Shown here piece by piece: positions 12,801 to 20,271 of a DNA stretch of 64,000 bases; the stretch's first letter is position 1; every line of letters starts with the position of its first letter. A model generated the notes under the pieces. That model had not been told where the DNA came from. It ran no database searches and saw only the letters and a program-made list of their open reading frames with translations. A program made the translations under genes and the position numbers. Source of the DNA: Leidyana gryllorum EB-2025a (lineage: Eukaryota > Protista > Apicomplexa); assembly GCA_048772705.1 (NCBI GenBank), contig JBLWGC010000230.1, positions 1,488,001 through 1,552,000 of the forward strand, read 5' to 3'.

Positions 12801-13327
12801 TTCGATGTTTCACCATAGAAAGAACTTATAAATACAAATAATCAAAGCCAATAGGCCGAGAGTGAATTTTCTTCATAATTCTTCACCACATGTCGGAGAC
12901 AGAACTGTTGGGAAGTCCCGAGTTGTTGTGTGTGATGAAAGACTCGCACTGTGCCTAGCCCGCCCCTTCCCCAGCCAGTACTGGTCATCTTTGTGTATTG
13001 TGTCACGACCGATTATACGTTGACTGCAAATGGATCACTTACGACATCACTGACGAGACCCATCGATGATGTGACCCGCTAGGCGATGATGACGACAGTG
13101 CGATGTACAATTCCACTCCTTCAGCGTGCTCGATGACACGAAGCTTTCATTGCTTTGGCAGCCCAGGAGATGGCTGTGTGGATATCCAAGCGTAGTGCAG
13201 GTGAAAAAATAACCCTGGGCTGCGGCACGCGCCAAGGGGTACTCAAACCGGAGTGATTGTTTGGACCGTGCGCTGATCACATTCACAGTGTCAATACTGA
13301 CCGTATGTCTAAGGCGCCTCTCCTCAT

Positions 13328-14832
13328 TCATTCCTGCTTGGGCAATGGGGTACGGGCGAGCGAATCGCGCCATCTCTGGAATGCAGTTCCTGCCACACCG
13401 AGGGCGGTACTGTGGTAAAAGTATACATACACTTGTGACTCAAAGCACTTACATTGCTGTCAATAGTCCCCAATCGAAGACGTTGTGCAACTTGAATTTG
13501 GATGGGATTGCGTATGTGTTGATGGGATCGATTGGACTCCGACTGCTAAGTCCGACACAAAACAACAAATAACAAATGCCTACAAGGAGTGTCGAGTGAG
13601 CCGCAGAGAGCGGATGGCTACCTGATACAACAATATATGCTGAGAGGACGGAACTGCGGACGTTGTCGCAAGCGAAAATGGAGAATGTCGGCGTGTCCAA
13701 CAAGATCTGGGGGGGGTTCTGCTCACTGGCGAACTCCATAGGCGGTGTGGTGTCACTTTCGGGAATCAGTGCTTGCACAGACGGATGACGGTGCCTGGAC
13801 GATCTTGTGACTGGCACACCATCCAGGTCGTGATACGAGGAAGATTTCTTGATGAATAATCTGGTGCCGTAGTAGATGATAAAACTGGCTGCCAAGACGA
13901 GCACATGTATCAAGACAGCCCGATGATGCATCGCTTGTGTGGTAACATTGTGTCCTATGAGAAAGTGCGACTGCCAGCGCTGTTTATCGTTCATGAAATA
14001 GCTCACTAAGGTGTAGCGCGCTCCGAAGAGAGCTCCAACAGCTGCGTGCACAGCGTATAACGTTAGCTGAACACAACCAACATCGACAATCGGCCATGCG
14101 ATTGTCTCAGGTTGGAAAAAGGATATCGGAAGGATTGTCAGTGTGGTCGATCTGGAGTCGAAGGTGGTTCATAGGGTATGCTACAATCTTACCCGCTGAG
14201 CAATAATGCCAGATGCCATGACCATCCCGCTTTGGAGGTCAGTGCCAGCATCCAGCAACTCGATAGCCAGACAGCGGTCAAGACGTGGAACAGGTAGCGA
14301 TAGGATTTGGAGTTGCCACTGAGACAAAACCACTGCCATCCATTCTTATGTAATTCGTGTGGAACTGTCACTCACAGTCCATAAAGGAATAGCTGGTACA
14401 ACTGTGCTCAAAAGGATAGCCACATATCTGACACACATCTATGGGAACCATTTGTATTGTCACATACCCCCCATCCACAAACTGCAAGCCCTGTGAAAGC
14501 CATTCCTTAGCCAGTCCAGCTGGCAGGGCTTGCAACCCTTGACTCGCGAGATTGTGCAGAAATCGATCTGGATTGTGGATTTCAGTCAACACAGTGCCAG
14601 TCAGTCCATGTCGTAGTTCGTTATTCGGGCGCACGTTCTGTACAGCTTGATGTAGTGCCAAGTGGGTGATTGGAACGAAGGATGCGAAGGACGCAGTCCC
14701 ACCAGGTGGCGGTATCACGTCTACCCCCATCACAACAAGGATGTGTGTGCAAACGTTTTGTCCCGTCACTTTATTTTTGCACGGCTTCAAAACTTGTGAG
14801 TTTACCAGTTTTGTGCCTTCCTTCTCATCCAT
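13328..14832 (-). CDS. multi-exon membrane protein with a Cys-rich (RING-variant-like) N-terminal part
   Basis: Splicing gives CKPCQLDWLRNGFHRACSLWMG-DVCQICGYPF followed by several hydrophobic segments. GT-AG introns join the ORFs in frame; the 5' exons are uncertain. Confidence 0.5.
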
Positions 14833-14870
14833 TCCCACCGATGGCCCCAACCTGCATACCAGCGCTTCAC

Positions 14871-14945
14871 GAAGTGATGATACAATCTCACGACAGTCTT
14901 CATTAGCTTCGGCATTGGTGACAACCTTTATTAATTCCTGATCAC
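14871..14945 (+). ncRNA. box C/D snoRNA, U35/snR73-like, copy 1
   Basis: Box C GTGATGA at 14874-14880, C' TGGTGA, box D CTGA at 14938-14941. Guide TCTCACGACAGTCT is 13/14 complementary to conserved LSU AGACCGUCGUGAGA. Confidence 0.8.
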
Positions 14946-14954
14946 GCGCTTCAC

Positions 14955-15028
14955 CAAGTGATGATACAATCTCACGACAGTCTTCATTAGCTCCGGCTTT
15001 GATGACAACTTTTATTGATTCCTGATTC
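14955..15028 (+). ncRNA. box C/D snoRNA, U35/snR73-like, copy 2
   Basis: Box C at 14958-14964, C' TGATGA at 15000-15005, D at 15022-15025; same guide; 84-nt period from copy 1. Confidence 0.8.
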
Positions 15029-15104
15029 CACGCTTGATTTGGCTATGACCGGACGGTGGAGAGTTCACCTCTTTCGCAGCTCGCTGAGATTGAGTTGAGC
15101 TCTC

Positions 15105-15302
15105 AATTGGCTCCTGAAGTGACCTGGGAGGATATTTCCTCAAGTGGTCAGTCTTCAAAGCTGGACCGTCCTACACAGAGACCGGAAGAGTTGAGTGCCT
15201 TCGCCCTCCTCTGAAGGTCGCTCCCATATTCCTAGCCCGTCGGCCGGTAACGGAGACCTGTGCTCTGATAAGCCCTCGGGGACCACCATGGGAGGTACAA
15301 TC
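15105..15302 (+). ncRNA. snR30: H/ACA snoRNA U17/snR30 homologue, copy 1 (5' end approximate)
   Basis: m1 ATATTCCTA at 15226-15234, m2-like CCACCAT at 15283-15289, ACA box at 15297-15299 exactly 7 nt after m2, closing stem CTCCC/GGGAG. Confidence 0.85.
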
Positions 15303-15319
15303 TGCTTCGTGTATGCCCT

Positions 15320-15394
15320 CAAATGATGATTTCCTATTGCTACTGCCGAGTTACACTGTGACGACGGTTTTAGGTCCACCAAGATCGCTGATCA
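15320..15394 (+). ncRNA. snR24: box C/D snoRNA U24/snR24 homologue
   Basis: C ATGATGA at 15323-15329; guide TTGCTACT plus D' CCGA at 15346-15349; C' GTGACGA; guide CCACCAAGATC plus D CTGA at 15388-15391. Both guides pair with LSU GAUCUUGGUGGUAGUAGCAA. Confidence 0.9.
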
Positions 15395-15473
15395 TATCAT
15401 TGTAAGTGTAGGACGGTCAATTCGTTCCATATGTGCACGAGCCTTTTGCTGCCCTTCATGGTTTCGCTTTGCC

Positions 15474-15832
15474 CCTCGTGATGAGAGAAATGGAGACCTG
15501 ATCCGACGTGTACGCCCACGGTGCGGAGACAACCACGCTGCGATATCTGATTCGTGCAAATATGTCCCTCGTGATGAGAGAAATGGAGACCTGATCCGAC
15601 GTGTACGCCCACGGTGCGGAGACAACCACGCTGCGATATCTGATTCATGCAATTGTGTCACTCGTGATGAGAGAAATGGAGACCTGATCCGACGTGTACG
15701 CCCACGGTGCGGAGACAACCACGCTGCGATTTCTGATTCATGCAATTGTGTCCCTCGTGATGAGAGAAATGGAGACCTGATCCGACGTGTACGCCCACGG
15801 TGCGGAGACAACCACGCTGCGATTTCTGATAC
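15474..15832 (+). ncRNA. tandem array of four near-identical box C/D snoRNA genes (93-bp period)
   Basis: Box C GTGATGA at 15478, 15571, 15664 and 15757; guide TGGAGACCTGAT plus D' CCGA; internal hairpin CGTG..CACG; C' GTGCGGA; D CTGA at 15547, 15640, 15733 and 15826. The guide complements LSU AUCAGGUCUCCA. Confidence 0.82.
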
Positions 15833-15856
15833 ATATTGTGTACATTCCATTGGATT

Positions 15857-15930
15857 CATATGATGACACAATCTCACGACAGTCTTCATCAGCTTCGGCT
15901 TTGATGACACTTTTACGAATGTCTGATCAC
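15857..15930 (+). ncRNA. box C/D snoRNA, U35/snR73-like, copy 3 (diverged)
   Basis: C ATGATGA at 15860-15866, identical guide, C' TGATGA at 15902-15907, D CTGA at 15923-15926. Confidence 0.8.
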
Positions 15931-15994
15931 CTTGCGTATCCTGGATTGCTGGGGCTTTGATCTGCGCCTGTTTTCGGACGAGTGCAAGTGATAA

Positions 15995-16195
15995 GTCCCT
16001 GCTGCTGCCGGTCGGCCTTGGAGGATATTTCCTCAAGCGGTCGAATCGATTGCTGCGCAGTCCTATATTAAGTGGAGTGATGGTCGAGTGCCTTTGCCCT
16101 CCTGTCACTCCCGCTCTCATATTCCTAGCCCGTTGGCCGGCAATGGAGACCAGTGCTCTGATAAGCCTTCGGGGACCACCATGAGAGGCACATCC
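15995..16195 (+). ncRNA. snR30: H/ACA snoRNA U17/snR30 homologue, copy 2 (5' end approximate)
   Basis: H box ATATTA, m1 at 16119-16127, m2-like CCACCAT at 16176-16182, ACA at 16190-16192. Closing stem CTCTC/GAGAG is compensatory relative to copy 1. Confidence 0.85.
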
Positions 16196-16199
16196 CAAC

Positions 16200-17130
16200 G
16201 TTCTCGCCTGAATCATCTAGCACCGACCAGCTACAATTGTATTTGGTTCCTGTCCTGAGACCCGACCACTTAGGAGTAGGTAGAAGTCCCACATGCGTCT
16301 TGCCACGAACTCTGGCACTCTAGTGGACAACCGACACACTTAATGACTGTTACAGACCCCCATTCATGTGATGCTAGGGGCCACCCTCGCACACACTGGA
16401 TTGTAGGTTTTTGTCTCTGCTGTTGCAGCCAACAGTGCCATTCCTTGCTCTATCGAGGCATCGAACAGCAGGCAGCTGAGCCCCCATACCCGACCTTTTC
16501 CATCCTGTCCCGACAGGGATGAACAGGCAGCGGAAGAGTGACGAGCCATGGTCTTGGTGTCGTGTGACGGCACCGAAGAAGAGGCCATTACTCGATCGGA
16601 CATGTGATACCCCAGAGACATGATAAGCAGAACCTCGGCCCCGCTGACATGTCTCAGGTAGGACTTAGTGGCGACGCATGATTCAGAGGTCTCACTCTCA
16701 AACGGGAAGCTCGCGTTAGTAAACAACGGCCCTCCCGCAGTACAGATAGACAGTTGGTAGTCAGGTGGCATTGACGACTCGATATCGGAAGAGGGCTAAG
16801 ACGAGAACGAATAAGAGTCCTTCACAGCAGTTACGACGTCAGGGCACGATAAATAATCTTCCAGCTGCGCTCAGATCTCGACAGTAGTTACGACTCCGTT
16901 GGAGAGGGTGTCGAGAGCCCGTCTGTGTATTGCCCGCTGACTCATCAAGTAAGAGCAGCCGTCACTGATAGCACCTCTGTTGGGGGCCAGCAGACCGATG
17001 TTGGGAACTGCACACTTACTCAGCACCGCACCCCAAGCTGTGCGGTTGGGGGCGATTGGGAGCACGATGAGCTGTTCTGCTGCATGTTCGGAGCTCGAAT
17101 GATGCTACGAGACATAAGGCCCGTTTCTAC
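16200..17130 (+). ncRNA. candidate additional H/ACA-type snoRNAs (series of hairpins followed by ANANNA or ACA)
   Basis: Examples: ggtgtcgt/acggcacc plus atggtct/aggccat stems before ACA near 16600; ACAGCA near 16824 and ACA at 16881; AGAGCA at 16951, stem tctgttgg/ccagcaga, ACA at 17011. No credible protein ORF. Confidence 0.4.
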
Positions 17131-17178
17131 ATAATAGTTGGACACTTAAATTTTTTGGAGTCATCTGGGAGAAGAATA

Positions 17179-18204
17179 ATGGCGACCGCTCGTCCTTTTG
17201 TGTCTGTCTATCAATGCAGCAACCCTTCCGCCACTGAGGGTGGTGTGGCCATGCCCGCGGTCTTGGTGACCCCTGTGCGCCCGGACCACATCCGTTATGT
17301 GCACACCCAGCTTGCCAAGAACGCTCGCCAAGCTTATGCTGTCAGCACCAACTCTGGCTACCAGAGCTCCGCTGAGTCCTGGGGTACTGGTCGTGCCGTA
17401 GCTCGTATTCCCCGTGTCAGCGGTGGTGGTACCCACCGTGCCGGCCAGGGTGCTTTCGGCAACATGTGCCGTGGCGGTGGCATGTTCGCCCCCACCAAGA
17501 CCTGGAGACGCTGGCACCGTAAGGTGAACGAGACCGAGAAGCGTCACGCCGTTGCTTCTGCTTTGGCCGCTTCCGCTGTCCCCGCCATCGTCATGGCCCG
17601 CGGACACCGCATCGATGCTGTTCCTGAGGTCCCGTGCGTTATCACCAACGACGTTGAGAACCTCCCCAAGACTTCCGCTGCTTTGGCTCTGCTCAAGAAG
17701 CTCGGTTGCGAGGAAGAACTCAACCGTATCAACGACTCCAAGACCATCCGCGCTGGCAGTGGCAAGCGCCGCAACAACAAGTACAGCATGCGTCGTGGAC
17801 CTCTCTTCGTTTACGACGGTGACAACACCTGCGAGCGCCCCTTCCGCAACATCCCTGGCGTTGAGTGCTGCCATGTCAGCCGCCTGAACCTCCTCCAGCT
17901 CGCCCCTGGCGGATCTGTTGGTCGCTTCATTATCTACTCCCAGGCCGCTTTCGAGAAGCTCGCTGCTATCTGGGGAACTACTGATGGTGGCTCGGAGAAG
18001 AAGGGCTACGTTCTGCCCCGCGGTATGATGACCAACACCGACTTGGCTCGTATCATCAACTCCAACGAGATCCAGTCTGTTCTCACTCCCATGAAGCAGG
18101 CTCCCCGACGCAAGTCTGCCAAGCGTAACCCTCTCACCAACTACGCTGTTCGCTGCCGCATCGACCCCGCCTTCAACAAGGTCCGCAAGACCGGCAAGAA
18201 CTAG
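17179..18204 (+). CDS. RPL4: 60S ribosomal protein L4 (uL4), intronless
   Basis: SAESWGTGRAVARIPRVSGGGTHRAGQGAFGNMCRGGGMFAPTKTWRRWHRKVN; strong codon bias. Confidence 0.98.
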   Translation: MATARPFVSVYQCSNPSATEGGVAMPAVLVTPVRPDHIRYVHTQLAKNARQAYAVSTNSGYQSSAESWGTGRAVARIPRVSGGGTHRAGQGAFGNMCRGGGMFAPTKTWRRWHRKVNETEKRHAVASALAASAVPAIVMARGHRIDAVPEVPCVITNDVENLPKTSAALALLKKLGCEEELNRINDSKTIRAGSGKRRNNKYSMRRGPLFVYDGDNTCERPFRNIPGVECCHVSRLNLLQLAPGGSVGRFIIYSQAAFEKLAAIWGTTDGGSEKKGYVLPRGMMTNTDLARIINSNEIQSVLTPMKQAPRRKSAKRNPLTNYAVRCRIDPAFNKVRKTGKN

Positions 18205-18984
18205 ACACATTTCCCCAGATTCAGAAAGTTTTCGTGCTTGTGATGTGACCATGTGATCAACCGTTTACTAAATCACACTTTGTGTTGAGATGTTCGCCAT
18301 CACGCGCGCAAAAAGCGTAATGTCTACCTTCATGTAAGCTAGCTCGCAGAACGTTACCTCAATATAGCCGCACTGCGATACTGGTTGAACCATGATGACT
18401 TGTTGCTATTGGACGTTCCTTTTGTAGGCGAGTTAGCTTCTCCGGTACCCCAACAGCCTTGGGGGATCGATGGAGGATTTGCCGCCTTCCCTGTACGAGG
18501 GTTGGCAGACTCGGCCGTATGGGAAGACATTGAACAGTAATCGCTATGAGCGGCCCACCAAAAAATATGTGTCACAAGCCGACGCTTGGGTCAACACTTA
18601 TGTGGAGCCCGCTTACAAGCATGTCTCTGAACGCTCCTGATCTTTTGATCCAGCATTCAATCGGGATTGAACTCCCTGACAGCCTATTGTTCGAGCACAC
18701 GTGTGTGCGCGGGTGTTTGTGTCGCGCCAGACTCAATGGTCTAGAACTTCGGTGCCCGACAATGGCGACACCCTAGAAAATCCCCCATTGCTCGTTGAGA
18801 AGGGATAACCCATTGTGAAAATCCCATACGGCACACTTTCATGGCTGTCAGTGCATAGCAGTGATGGTTTCTTGTGAAGTATTCGGGCAATTGTGATGGA
18901 ACATCAGGCCGTTGTATAACACGGAAAAGCTCGTTCACGTTGAGGCTCACGTCATTTGCTGCAACAAAATATACTCTGGAGATC

Positions 18985-20064
18985 ATGAGACGCTTCAATT
19001 CTCAGTCCCTTGCACGGGCTAGAGAACTCCCAGCATCACTCTGGAATCGTTATAGACATCGGCACGACGTGAAGATTCGTCCTGCGATCTTCGGAGGGCC
19101 CCGTCCTGAGGAACAACCACAGTTCGATGCCATGACAGAGTTGTTGCAAGAGTGGACCGCTAGCGAGTGTGTGCGTCCAGGATGGCGCTTGCTCGTTAGT
19201 CAGCGAATGCGGTACTTTGCGGTCGCATGGGACGACGATGTGAAGTTCTGTGGTTCCGTTTGGCAGCCCCTGTATCTTGATGTCGCTCCGGCATGTTTGA
19301 ACGGCGTTCAAGTCTTTTGGCCGTGGCCGCAGCCCACTTTGGAGATGTTGGAACCCAAAGACATCAGGACGGATCCACATTTGCCCAACTGTTGGAACGA
19401 AGCATACGCTGTATTGACAGCCAATAATATCCCTTACTACATCATGCATCATCGTGATGTGTGCGTCATATATATGCGCCAGGAGATTATCTGGTGGGAG
19501 AATATGTTGCCGAAGTTCTACGAGTTCGTTGCCAGGGTTCGGAGCGAATTGAATTCTACAGAGAAGCCACACCCTAATCCCGAGGTCGCTCATCGTACTC
19601 TTGCTTACATGCAAAAGAATATTAGGGTAATGAGATTATGGACAACTCGGCAACGTGGCGTTCTCAGCCAAATTGGGTGTTTCATCAGGGCTTTGAGGAC
19701 GAACACAACCCAATTGGCAGGTATTGGGCCGGCGCGAATTGCGTTGCACGCTCGAGAACTCATTCTGGGAACACCGACTTCGGCGGGGAGTAGACACTAC
19801 CGGATGAACCCCAATAATCCATTTTCGATGCCTCCCGAATCTTGCAGCGGGGGTAACAGTCAATGTGGATTCGTAGATGACGTCGGATGTCTAGCTGACG
19901 TCACTGATGCTTTACCGTCGTCGTCATCAGATGCGAATTGGGAATGGTCAAGGGGTGAGGGAAAATGTGTCAGTAGGGAGTTCGATGGAAAGTCGACCTT
20001 TGCCTCTGAACAGCTGACTGAGAGGGTATCGGTGGGAGCTAGGGCAGCTTTGGAACACTCATGA
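18985..20064 (+). CDS. intronless hypothetical protein with a degenerate YqaJ/lambda-exonuclease-like N-terminal domain
   Basis: Order and spacing of W..YR, LLVS....FAVAWDD, VQVFWPW, CWNEAYAVL and IIWWENMLPKFYEF resemble the YqaJ motifs (W...R, ASPDG, EIKCP, YY.Q, W...LPKL..F). Confidence 0.5.
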   Translation: MRRFNSQSLARARELPASLWNRYRHRHDVKIRPAIFGGPRPEEQPQFDAMTELLQEWTASECVRPGWRLLVSQRMRYFAVAWDDDVKFCGSVWQPLYLDVAPACLNGVQVFWPWPQPTLEMLEPKDIRTDPHLPNCWNEAYAVLTANNIPYYIMHHRDVCVIYMRQEIIWWENMLPKFYEFVARVRSELNSTEKPHPNPEVAHRTLAYMQKNIRVMRLWTTRQRGVLSQIGCFIRALRTNTTQLAGIGPARIALHARELILGTPTSAGSRHYRMNPNNPFSMPPESCSGGNSQCGFVDDVGCLADVTDALPSSSSDANWEWSRGEGKCVSREFDGKSTFASEQLTERVSVGARAALEHS

Positions 20065-20271
20065 GCGCTTTTCATGTTATTTGAAAGGCTCGAAAGTCCT
20101 GCTCGGTGTCTTCTTCGTGTACGGGTTGGTGATGGAGCACCACCCATTTTTATTTGTATCTTGTGCGTGGGTACATTGACCATATACTCTAATTGAAATA
20201 CCGCCAAATCACATTGAGAGAATGCTACTAAGGAGTAAAGTGGTTTTTACAGTGGAGTTTAGGTGTAAAAA

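Noticed and set aside
12905-13050. RNase P/MRP-like GGGAAGTCCCGAG motif
   Set aside because: No convincing complementary CR-V/P4 strand downstream.
13605-13621. Spliced-leader relic (GTAGCCATCCGCTC on the minus strand); also GCCATCTTG near 11430
   Set aside because: Only about 9-nt matches. The first coincides with an intron donor, and similar matches occur inside coding exons.
13988-14072. Plus-strand C/D-like element with an 11-nt match to SSU (GTGTAGCGCGC followed by CCGA)
   Set aside because: Box C is poor, it lies antisense to an in-frame coding exon, and an 11-nt match can arise by chance.
15474-15832. CRISPR array or coding repeat (274-aa minus-strand ORF 15392-16216)
   Set aside because: No unique spacers, no cas genes, and the context is eukaryotic. 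The 93-bp (3n) period keeps a frame open trivially, while the plus strand has complete C/D boxes and an rRNA guide.
17161-18252. 363-aa antisense ORF over RPL4
   Set aside because: Expected by-product of the strong codon bias in RPL4; no recognisable motifs.
18300-18986. Possible minus-strand spliced gene whose ATG overlaps the 18985 ATG (CATG)
   Set aside because: Donor-like sites exist, but I could not build a consistent, protein-like exon chain.
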